Of a stretch of 64,000 nucleotides of DNA, positions 1 to 11,168 are shown piece after piece. The stretch spans positions 62,001 through 126,000 of the forward strand of contig JAPETS010000033.1 of NCBI GenBank assembly GCA_026023565.1, in the 5' to 3' direction. A program made the position numbers and the translations under genes. Position 1 is the stretch's first letter. Each line of letters starts with the position of its first letter. The notes beneath the pieces are model-generated. The model saw nothing but the letters and a program-made list of their open reading frames with translations. It was not told the DNA's origin and made no database searches. This DNA is from Cirrosporium novae-zelandiae. Taxonomy: Eukaryota.

Positions 1-3000
1 CAAGACCAATTCGACGGCAAAGGGGAATCGTTAACCAATAAAAGATGGCCAGTGACGATTTCGATGGTACAACGACAACTCACGCAAAAGACTGGTGGGT
101 TCATAGAGATGGTGGAGCTTTCCACGGTAGCTCAGATATTGAGAGCAAGTTCAGCAACTCTCGATTCTTCGACCGCCATACAATTTCTACACCAGTCGGT
201 AAAGGATTTCCTTCAGAAAGACAAGGCAGTTCCATTTAGATTGAACGAAACAGATGGTAATGGACTGATAACCAGAGTCTGCATCAACTATATGCGATGT
301 CTTTCCGGGTCCAATATGCCTGTCTCAAAGCCTGTCGAACACTGGACTACGCAAGATTATGACGAGCTTGTACTTTATTTACAAAGGCGACCATTACTTC
401 ATTACATTCTGAAATTTCTACCAAACACTTGAACCAGTTAGGGAAGGGCACTCCCTCTGAATCAGAGAATCGTCGAGCCCTGACATTATTTCCCCAAATT
501 TTCAGATCAATCCTCGGCACATCCAACGGACCGGCTCTTTACGTGACTGCCTCGTGGCTACACCGAGTTTCTGTGAACAATCCTAGTCTGATTGACAACG
601 AGTCACTAAGAGAAGTCCTCAATAAATTTAGCACAACTTACCTGGATAAAAAACATGTAATTAATAAGTTCCTGGATGATGCGTTGGTATCTGCGGCTCG
701 AGCTGGACTCAGCACGGCTCTCAAAACTTTAATCGCAGCAGGCGCAAACAAATTCTCCGTTTCAGCACTCGATGCTGCGGTTTTTGAAAGACATTTCGTT
801 ATTGTTGAATATCTTACCACTTTAGGGTTAGAAATAATGGATGTGGATTTGGGATGCTCACATCAACGACGAGATGGAGTTCCCCACAGCGGAAATCGAC
901 TGAACCACGCTTCATCACCAGGACTTCTAGCTTCAGACGATTCAAGTGGAAATATCCGACAAGCACAAAGAGAATCATTGCTAGCAGCACCAAAGGCAGG
1001 CTCTGTCCCTCTCGTGAGTATGCCGTTAGATAGAGGAGTGAAAGTAGACACGAGATTCGAAAGCCAGATCTGCCGTGCATTGGACAGCTGAACTCGGCCA
1101 CAGATCTATTATCCCACTACTAGCAAAATATGGGGCAGATATAAGCTCCAGGGATAGTGAAGGCATGACACCACTTCATTTAGCAGCTCGTAACGGCAAT
1201 AATGAAGCCTTACTTGAGCTTCTTAACCATGGGGAGGGCATAGAAACTAAGAATGAAAGTGATCAAACGGCGTTGGAACTGGCGAAAAGATATTCCCAAG
1301 AAGCTACTGTTAGAGCGCTGCTTGAAAACGGCGCAACCGATCACATATTGACAGGAAACGCCAATCATACCCGTTTATGGTTCCATTTCATCGGAATAAG
1401 AAATTCTCTGGTCGCACAGAAGTTTTGCAGCGCATAAATTTTCTTTTATTGGATTCGAAACCTCCTCAGTCACCTGTAGTCTTATCAGGCTTAGGTGGAA
1501 TTGGGTAAGCTCTTTAAAAAAAGGAAATGTCTTTTACAGTTTCTAACTAGGGGAAATAGCAAGTTATCAATCGCAATTGAGTTTGCGTACCGTTTTAAAA
1601 ATGCCTCTCTGGATGGACCAGTTTTTTGGGTAAATGCAGATAGCTTGTCTCGGATTCAGGCCGACTTCTATAATATTGCTCGCCGAATTAAAATACCAGG
1701 ATTTGATGAATCAAACATAAATATACTCTCTTTGGTAAAGAGCTCGCTTGAAACGGATGGCAATGGCGATTAGCTGCTTATATTTGACGGTTTGGATGAC
1801 CTCGCTTCGTTGGTGCCTACAGAGTTTCTCCCAGATAATCCTCGAGGTCGTATTCTTATAACAACCAGAAACATGGACGTTGGCGGACGCATTGCGGACG
1901 ATTCTAGGATTATTTCAGTCGAAGGGATGGATCTGAAAGAAGGGTTTGAGCTTGCTCAAAAAATCCTACCTAATTATGCAAAATTGAGTCTCGAAGAAGG
2001 AAAGACGCTCCTAGAGCTTCTTAATCATCATCCTCTAGCAATCAGTCAGGTATGCTGGTTCATGGCTATCCGCAGTATGGCTGTTTCTGATTATGTGCAG
2101 CTTTTTCAAGAAAGCTCTGAGAACCAGCTCCTACTTTTAAGTGGGGAAATGGATAGCACTAGAAGCGCTTTTTTCTACACGCTTCTTTTATCATTTGATC
2201 GGATAAAATCGACGATGCCTCGAGCTGCCGACATTCTATACATAATGAGCATGTTGGACAGCCAGAAAATCCCACGGTCCTTGATCCTAGAGTTAGATGC
2301 CCCACTGAATGACCCGGCCCAAAACAAGATGGCCATCAGGTTTTTGATGAAATCCTCTTTAATCCAATACAATATTCACGGCAAAACCATTACCCTGCAT
2401 AAATTGGTACATCTGGCGACTAATCAGTGAGTTGAACTACAAGGATCCTTAGAATTATGGCAAAACCGAGGCTTTCTCGCCGTCACAAAACATTTCCCCA
2501 AAGGTCAATCTGAAATTAAATCCAGAATAGATACATGTGCTTTGCTACTTCCTCATGCCCAAGCTGTTCTGAGATTCGAACCATCCGATATAGTAACGAA
2601 GCTGCAACGTGCAGACCTACTATACAACACTGCTATATATCTTAACATCATAGCTAGGTATGAAGATGCAAGACGTGAAGTCACAGAAGCTTTTGAACTG
2701 CGGACTGAACGCTTGGGCTTTACGGAAGGAAATCAAGAGGATAGAAAAAGAAAAAGAAGTATCGAGTACAGATACAGAAGCCTCGGCTTTATTGGAGCAA
2801 ATCAAAAGAATATACAGAGAAAAACTACCGAGCTCGGATTCGGATTCGAATTCGGATATAGAAGACTTGGAAGAAATGCAAAAAACAGAAATAGGGTCGG
2901 AAACAGAGTCGGAAACAGAGCTAGAGACAGAGTCGGAATTGGAGTTGGAGTTGGAATCGGAACCAGAATCAGAATCAGGATCAGAACTAGAGTCGGAAGT

Positions 3001-3070
3001 GGAAGCAGAATCGGAAGAAAAGCCAGAGCCAGAGTCAGAGCCAGAAAACGTGCCACAAAACGAAGATTAG
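1..3070 (+). pseudogene. NLR-like (STAND) pseudogene: post-NACHT helical/WHD region - ankyrin repeats - NB-ARC - TPR-like - acidic tail; 5' end outside window
   Basis: Fragments in order: 'IQFLHQSVKDFL...ITRVCINYM...PLLHY' (typical post-NACHT region); ankyrin repeats (e.g. 'GMTPLHLAARNGN', 'TALELA'); 'FMVPFHRNKKFSGR'; Walker A 'VVLSGLGGIG/K' split by intron 1505-1559; Walker B 'GD*LLIFDGLDD'; 'ILITTRN'; 'HPLAISQ'; 'LHKLVHLA'; 'LLPHAQAVL'. Premature stops at 1771 (TAG) and 2428 (TGA) replace expected Trp codons. Frameshifts near ~425, ~1060, ~1345 and ~2715. Confidence 0.85.
2830..3067 (+). repeat. 6/12-nt periodic coding minisatellite (GAGTCG/GAAACA/GAATCA-type units) encoding an E/S-rich acidic tail
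   Basis: Visible periodicity; ORF 2660..3070 reads SETESETELETESELELELESEPESESGSELESE. Confidence 0.8.
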
Positions 3071-3671
3071 TGGCGATTTATGGGATAGGGCAGGATGGGC
3101 TAGAATACCTGATGGAGTCGTTGCTGAAGCGGGATGGGATAGGACGCATACAACGACTAAATGAAAGATAAGGGGGACAACATTTCTTTGAGTCTTAGGT
3201 TCTTGAGTCTTGAATTTCGGGTCTTTGAGGAGAGAAAGGGGGGGGGTTGCTGTTGGAAATATCAGCATGTACATGTACTGCAGGAAGCATGGATTTATTT
3301 TCTCATGAGAGTTTTATTTCTTTTTATTAAACTACAAAGCTACATACTGTACTACTTCCACATAAACGAGCTAGCTATGGGTATTATCCTAGAAGGGGAC
3401 ATGACAGTATAGGAGATTGATTGGAACTAGTATTATATTTGGGTGTTCGTTGCTTAAGATAGATGTACTGTATAGTTAATATCTGTGGGATGAATAGTCT
3501 AAATGATAACGATCAGCATGTGTGCCTCAGGCCTTACGAGTACTTATCCCTTAACTAGCAATTCTCACCATCACCAAGGCGTGGGAAGCCAGATCCACCT
3601 CCTGCTATTTATCATCGACGGACAGCGGGTCTTCTGCTTTTTACAGAACTAAGTAGTCAGCGTTATAACTC

Positions 3672-4980
3672 GTGAAGAAAATCGATTTTACTCAGAGAAT
3701 TTCAAGTACTGTACAATACAACGGATATAGATGCTCCAACTGTCGTATCGAAATTCCTTACGATAAGGCTCCGTCTGGGTATCCGACATGGACGGAAATA
3801 CAATTGGTAAATGATGATGATGATGACGATATCGATACCAAGGGGCTCTTCGATGATGCCCCCCCTGTTTTCCCGAAGATCAGAAGAGCAGCTTCGCAAA
3901 ATCAATTGAAGCCTTGTTAACAATTGATACTCGTACTGCCAGCGATCCGATCAGCCGTGCAGGAAAGATCCCGATACCGGAATTGCTGATAATAATTATG
4001 CTTCATGCTTCCGGGCTGTTGATTTCTGCCGACGCCGTGTGGTTGAGATTCTAGCTACATCCAGCTACATCGCACTCTCGTATGTCTGAGGCAGAACGCC
4101 CATGCTATATCTTATGCAAGAGAATAAGGGTGGATTATATCAAGAAAATGCTCTAGCTGCTACTAAAGAGGGTATCCTAAAACCTATTTAAGATGCCATT
4201 CGCCTTGTTGGAGAATTAGAGGAAAGGTTTCTTTGGGTGGACTCGCTATGTATCGTGTAGGATGACAGTAGGGAGAAAAGAAAAGGCCATCGGGGGGAAT
4301 AGATCTTATCTACAGTAGAGGAGCAGAGGTACCTATAGTGACAGCGACCGAGGAAGATGGCTTCTGATGGTCTTCTAGGTCTAGTTGCTAGAACCCGCAA
4401 GACTCACCCATTTAACAAGACGATGAAATTTCAGGCAGATGGTAAACGCAAAAAGTTCGTAGCTGCCCGTGATTCTACCCCTCAAACACCAATTGCTCAA
4501 GATGGAATACCTGCGAATTGACGTACCTACCAAGAGAGAATATTTTCTCATCGAATCATCTTTTTTTACCGAAGAACGGGCATATATATACTATCAATGC
4601 TGATAGAATTTATGGTGCAAAGACAACGGTCCTCGAAACGGAGAACCTGCATGTTCATTCCAAGTTCTCGACCCACCGTTTCGCCGTTTCGGCATTTAGA
4701 GTAAATAATCCCGCGGGACCGTTTATGAAGGGAGCTCGAGGATTCAGCAAATATTTTCCAGGTACAAAGGATACGGGAAGATCGTCCCTCGAATACACTC
4801 GCTGCTAGGATCTCTCGTTCGAGGGTGATGTATGTCATCAATACTTTTTTCTGGTCTCTTTCGATCATTTCAGATACTATATGCATCTCATCATCAAGAT
4901 TAGGATACCCTAACATACCACTTCAGTCTACCTTCTGCTTGGTTCGAGCTATGTTCTGAAGTGGACACCAATTCCCACAG
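3672..4980 (+). pseudogene. HET-domain (heterokaryon incompatibility, TIR-related) protein pseudogene
   Basis: Manual translation of one frame gives 'SYIALSYV*G' (TGA 4087-4089 for W) and 'KPI*DAIRLVGELEERFLWVDSLCIV*DD' (TAA 4189 and TAG 4258 for Q). Downstream frameshifted pieces resemble 'TYQERIFSHRIIFF' and 'YTR..DLSFEGD'. These are the hallmark HET motifs. 5' boundary uncertain. Confidence 0.85.
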
Positions 4981-4984
4981 CCCA

Positions 4985-5900
4985 AAAACTCCACAGGAGA
5001 GTATAGGAGATACCCCTTTTTTTGATATGTGTATGTGTGCGTTGTTTTGGGAAAGGAGGGTTAGGGATGGTCGGAGGGGAGTAGTGAGTGGTGAATATAT
5101 AAATAGATAAATGATAAAGAGAGCGCAAAAAGGTGGGGAGGGGGGAGGAAGGAAGAAGAGAAGAGAAGAGAAAATAAAAGGGGCAAAGAAGGATGGATGG
5201 ATAGATATATAAATCCAAAATATATATACTATTGGAGCAGATAGATGCGACAAACTTGTGGATTCTACGTGTGGGATCGCTAGCTAAATAGTGGGTGGCA
5301 CGTGACCGGTTTATAACCCTAACATATACTAAGGGGGGTAGAGGATAAAAGTATTAGAAAGCAAGCCCAACACTCTTTCCTAACTATCTAACTACTACCA
5401 AGGCAAAAAGAATGTAGGATATCTATCCGCTATTTGACTTGCTTGAGGGGATACCTACCTAGAGGTAGATATATAAGGATATATATAACCTAGCTACGCC
5501 ATAACACGCATGTATATATGGATGGATGGATGGATATGTATATAGATTTGTGAGCACGTGGTTTGGAGGGTGGTTGGTGGTGAGTAGCGGTCATATAAAT
5601 GGTAGAGAGAAAGGAGGGAGAAGGAAGAGAAGAGAAGAGAGAAGAAAAGAAGAAAAAAAGGGAGAAGGGATGAATATATATCAACGGGGGTGGTACGGCA
5701 CAGCCAGTTTATATCCCTACCCCAACACTCCTAACACTCCCAACACCGGACATCCACTCAAATAGCAGATAAACATCCCAAATCCTTTTTTTTTTTAGCT
5801 AGGTTAAGTAGTTAAGTAGTTAGGAAATAATGTTTGTTTGTTGGCTTGTCTTGTCTTGTCTTGTCTTGTCTTTTAAAAAATATATATACCAAAAAAGAGC
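4985..5900. repeat. Degenerate low-complexity repeat-family copies in mixed orientation, related to 50.7-53.2 kb
   Basis: 4990-5230 and 5500-5690 are diverged copies of each other. 5710-5850 (atatccc..ccaacactc..ctcaaatagcagata..atcctttt..gttaagtagttaagtagtta) resembles 50790-50900 and 51140-51290. Confidence 0.55.
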
Positions 5901-7728
5901 GGGAAGAAAAGAGAGGGGTAGAGGATAATAGATAATAGACCATGGATTCTTGGTGGGGGTTTTCTTATTTTTATATTTTTGTATTTTCTGTATTTGATAG
6001 TGAAGAAATAAGAATAAAATAGGATACCATACCATACCATACCATAAAACATCCGAGTCGATAATACCTTTGCTTCCTTCCTATAATATGCCCAAGAACT
6101 TGCTTATATTTAACACTTCCCTATAATACCAATGCCCAATGAACAAAAAAAAAAACATCTCACCCCTAAAAGGCGAAAAGGCGTTCGGGGGTTTCTTACA
6201 ACGCCTATTATAAGATATAGGATAGATGGATAGATATAAGACGCAGTAGGATAAGAGTAAGAAGTAAGAAGAAGGCATAACAACAAGATTTAGATCTAGA
6301 TCTAGGGGTATTCGAGTATAACTGGTAGCTGGTGTGGATGATGATGATGATGATGATGATGACTTGAGCTCCAAGGTAGGTAAGGAGCTATCTCTGCCTC
6401 TGAAGCGCTACAGTACCTCTAACAAAATCGGAGAAAATATATCAATGATCCCCAAAGATTATGATAATTGATTTCTATCATCATTTGTTACAAAATGCCC
6501 AGTAATAGCTAGGGTTATAACTTTGTTGTGGTAAGATTTGTTGATTTGGCTGTCTTATTTAGAATCCAAGGTTCTTCAGCTTATGAAAAAGGTGGTGCTA
6601 GGGTAATTATATGCTCTAGCAGTCTAACCTACAGTAAATTAGGGAATATAGTAGTATGAAACTAGACTATAACAAAAATCATAGATAGATAGAAACAAAC
6701 AAATAAGATTTAGGTATAGATACAACTATTTATTGTTAAACATGTCAAGGTGGAACAAACGGCTTCGGATGGATTAGTCTAAGAAGTTAGAAGTGGTTGT
6801 TTAGGGCATAGATAATTACACCTTGCCTTAGAAAAAGACTAACTTCATCGGGCATGTAGTTGAACCCTAAGGGGTTAATTAAGGTTATTGCTTGTTTTAA
6901 TTAGTCTTGGCTTGTTTCTGTCTAGGTGTGTTGCATATGTTTATGCTTTATGCTTTAATTATGCTTTTTATGTGCATAAGGGATTTGGATTTGAAACAAT
7001 GTGGAAACGGCATAAAGTATGCACTACATACACCCTACACACACCCGCGCAGGATCAAGTAACCAATTAGAATATTAATTTCCTTAAAAGACAATTAAAC
7101 CCAGGTAGATAATGAATTGTATCAATGGAGAAGGGGAAGAAGAACAAGGGAAAAAAGAAATTGAGAGTTTGATCCTTTCTTTGGTGACCATTTGCATTCC
7201 TTTTTCATTTTCATCAACCCAACACAACACAAAACTCACAAGCTCACTAAAATCCCGCTTTGTGACGGACGATAAAAGTCCATAGCTAAGAGCGTGTTTG
7301 TAGCTAATTATTAATAGCAAAAAAAAGAAATACCACCTTTTGCCTCAGTCCTGTCCAGTACAATACAGAAGCGTCCATCCATAGAGAAAAATAATAGAGG
7401 AACGAAAAGACACATACCCCATTCCATCCATCATCTATATTTTCTTCTACCTGCATAAAAAAAATCAAAATTACTGTGCGAGACCGCCAATGTAATAATA
7501 ATAATCAAACTGAGATTTCACTCGAGACTCGGGAACCCATTTGATTGTTTGACATGAGAATGATGAATCAGACAGGAAAATGTGGTTGGTTTACTTGATT
7601 TGCCCTCCTTCCTGACCCTTTGTTGATGCGATGCAATGCGATGCGATTCGAGAAAAAATAATGCTGAATATTTACTACTGTACCTGATTTATAAAATAAA
7701 CTTGGATAACTTATTTTTTCTTCCCTAT

Positions 7729-9219
7729 TTAGAGAAGGACGGCACCGCAGAAAGTGGAAACAACCACAGCCAAAAATGGGATGAGAGAAGCGATGGAAAT
7801 ATCGGGGGCACGAATGCCAGAGGCGGCACCAGCACTGGAAGTGCTGGTGGAGCTGGAGGAGGAACCCGAGGCGGCAGCAGTGTTAGTGACAGAGCCAGAG
7901 CCTGCAGAGGCAGTGCCGCTGGACCCGGTACCCGCATTCTGAGATCCCTCGCCTGTGAGACCAGGGCCCTTTCCGGCTCCGTTGGTCAGATACTTCTTGG
8001 CTGGGGAGGGCATGGCTGGAAGAGCATCGGAGTCGACATCCCAGTTTGGCGAATCCTTGGGTGGGCAGCCACTAGCTCCACCAGTCGTATTATATCCACC
8101 GTCGCCGGATGGGTTAGAGGTCTTGGCGAAGGCGCTTTGGAGGGCTGTGAAATCGGATTTTTCTGTGATGGAGTTTCCACTGATGGTTACGAGACCGTAA
8201 TCTGAGCCTTCTTCGGAGTATTCATATACGAGACCGCCGGAGTAAACGCCTGTCATTTCCTTGTTGTATAACGCAGACACCTCTTCAAATTTACGTGTAT
8301 TGGTGTTGCAGCCATATTCAGAAAGGCTAGGATGCCAATTAGTAAAAAGCTGGGTTGGGGGATTCGGGATAAAGATGACTTACAACAGGGGGATGCCGTA
8401 ACCGGTAAAGTTCTTGACCTTCTGATCCCAGCCAGAGACGGTGAAGGAAGATGGATCACACCAAGAATAGTCATTGAATGCAAAGAAATCGCTGCGTTGG
8501 TCATCGGTACCGCAGTTCATGTATTCGGCCATCTGGAGACGGTTGGTGTCTACATCTGCGGCCGAGTATCCAACTGGAATCTTTCGATAACCTCGATCGC
8601 CAATGTACTGACGCATATCGCGGGTCACAGCCTTGACGTAAGGGGCAGCCTTGGATGAAGGACCATCGTTGACCACTTCGTTTCCACTGAAGAAGAGGAG
8701 GGTGTTGGAGTAGTTGGCAAAAGCATCAATGGTAGCAAAGATGCTCTGAAGATAGACATCATTATACGAGGTAGCTGGTTCCGCACGGTTGATACTGTAT
8801 TTGGGCGTGTTCACATCCAAAGCCAAGTAGATACCTGCCTCGGCCAATGCATTCATGCATGTGTCGTGATCAGCAGTGTTGTCGACCGTATACACTCGGA
8901 CGGTGTTGATGCCCAATTTCGTGAACTCCTTAATGTCACGAGTGCAGCTAGTTTCATCAGCAATTGGATCAGCCACCTCGCTCGAGCCACCGGGTTGATA
9001 ATCAACTCCACGGATGTAGAATCGTTCATCATTGGCAAAGAAAGCTGAAAATGGTTAGACATCATGATGCTGTAGGTAGGAGGCAGAGATCATACCATTG
9101 CCTTTGACCGAAACTTCTGGAAGACTACTGGAACCAGTAGAGCTAGCTCTAGCTTGAAGAGGTCCCGCAAGAGCAGATGTAGCCCCAAGGGCGATGGAAG
9201 ATAGGATAGCTCCCTTCAT
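7729..9219 (-). CDS. gel1: GPI-anchored beta-1,3-glucanosyltransferase (GH72, Gel1/Gas family, no X8 domain); 3 exons
   Basis: Signal peptide MKGAILSSIALG; 'RFYIRGVDYQPGG'; catalytic 'FSGNEV' and 'LSEYGC'; 'YSGGLVYEYSEE'; Ser/Thr-rich stalk and hydrophobic GPI-signal C-terminus. Confidence 0.93.
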
Positions 9220-11168
9220 TTTGAATATGCTAGTTTCGTAAAGCAAAAAGAAGAGTCGTGAGAAGTGTCCCGGATGGGGGATGTTGACGAAAAAACAAAA
9301 AAGTGGTATGCCAGTAATTCTCAAAGGAATGAGAGAATAGTCGGCTTGGAATGTGATATTAGATAAGATATCAAAAGTAACGAGGGATACAGCAGACGTA
9401 GCGAGTGTCGACAGCTGTAAGAGAAGTGGTTTTTGGAGGGAAGAAAGTGTTGGATGAAGTTGAGAAAGAAGAAATCAAAAAGAGATGGGATGGGGAAGGG
9501 GGGGGAGTGGAAGGTCGATAGGTGTTTTATTTGAATTGTAGAGATTTGATGGATGGTCATGCATGTTGGTATGACAAGACCAATGAATGACATGTGGAAG
9601 GGTGCAGGAATAAGGATAAGGGATACGGGTGGTGGTGTTGATAGTGCAAGCCTCATGCAACTAAAATGGACAGCATAGACCATGGATCATATAGACTTTC
9701 CCCATAACTTGGACAGTTTTACCTACTTGGAGTAATTAGACCTACTCCCTCTCTCTCTATTTCTCTCTTTGCTTTGTCCCTTTTCCTTACCTTGACCCAT
9801 TAAACTTACACCACTCACCACCATCATCACCACCACCACCACCAACCACCAACCACCAACCACCAACCACCACTACCACCGTAACCACAATACAAACAAT
9901 CCATCCATCCATCCATATATACTTTCCAAAAGTAAAGTGCATGTCCATCCAAGGAAACAGGGAATCATCGACTTCTTAGTGAGGCGCAGCATAATTCAAT
10001 CGGGAAACCCAGCCAAGCTATTCATGGATCTCACGGCTTGCTGCCCTGTGAGACAAATTTAGCCACTCACTTCCACCCCAGTTTTTCTCGTTTTCGGTGT
10101 GATAGGGATTGATTGATTGACGGGATTGACGGGATTGACCTATTTGATCGCCCTGTCTGACCTGCCATCCCACAAATTCCAATCCAGACTTTGAATCAGC
10201 CAAGTCAACGGTGACTTTTTTCCATGCATCTGGAACCATAAAAAAATATGGAGAATTAATCTCCTTGTCTCTTTGTCTATCTCTTTCCCTCGTTCTCCTT
10301 CTCTCGTTCCCTGGTTTCTTTTCTGTCACTCCCCGAACAAAAAATCAATCTCAAATAATTCCTCGGTGGAATTGATTCACTGGCTGGCTAGTTCTATCCC
10401 ATCAACCACAGCGCTGTCAGATAGGTCATCTGTCACGGTCACTCTGATGGTCAAAAGAAGAGTGGTCGGAGAAGCTATGGTTTGCGGATTAGACTTATTT
10501 CCTGTTGCCGCCGTCGGTAGATCAGAAATGGTTAACTTTCTCGTAAAACTGGAAGCGCTACAAGGATCGATAGGGTTCGATGGGTTCGATAGGCTTAATA
10601 AGAATCAATGGATTCAAAGGGGTAAATGGAAAAACTGGGGCTAACAAAGCCAAGTGGGTCGATTTATGTCTATTTAATTCCACTAAACCTTGTGCCATGG
10701 CCTGAAACTTGACAACAGGGAGATCGACCGCTGCACAAGTCTATCACTTCATCATGATTAATTAATCAATAAAAAAACCTGCTCCATATCAATCAACCTT
10801 TCCTTTCCTCCAACTAAAAATAACTTGGAACACGGTGGATAATCCAAACCATAATAATGCCATCATATATTCAGGAGCCCATCCAGTAGCACCTTGACTA
10901 CCAATAATAAAAATAATAATTCATCTCCCTCTATCCCACTCTCTCCTTCTAACAAACAGCAATTTCCTCTTGATGAATGTTATTTATTTTCCCGCTGTTA
11001 ACCACTCCTGCCATGAGATGCTAATCTTTCATCCTTGGGTATTAGTACCATGTGTAATACTTGAGCAATACCGCCTCCCATGCAATCCATCTAACAATTC
11101 CCATCTTCTTCGCCAGATTTATTTAACCAGACAAGAAAGTAGTCGACCAAAAATTTACTCGCTCATCA

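Noticed and set aside
6390..6900. TpA-rich stretches (also ~35000-35800 and ~61100-62250) suggestive of RIP-degraded transposons
   Set aside because: No transposase, RT or integrase motifs, LTRs or TIRs could be identified; composition alone is insufficient.
7636..8205. 189-aa plus-strand ORF and other antisense/overlapping ORFs (e.g. 27714-28238, 59756-60193)
   Set aside because: Shadow ORFs opposite well-supported genes, with no recognisable domains.
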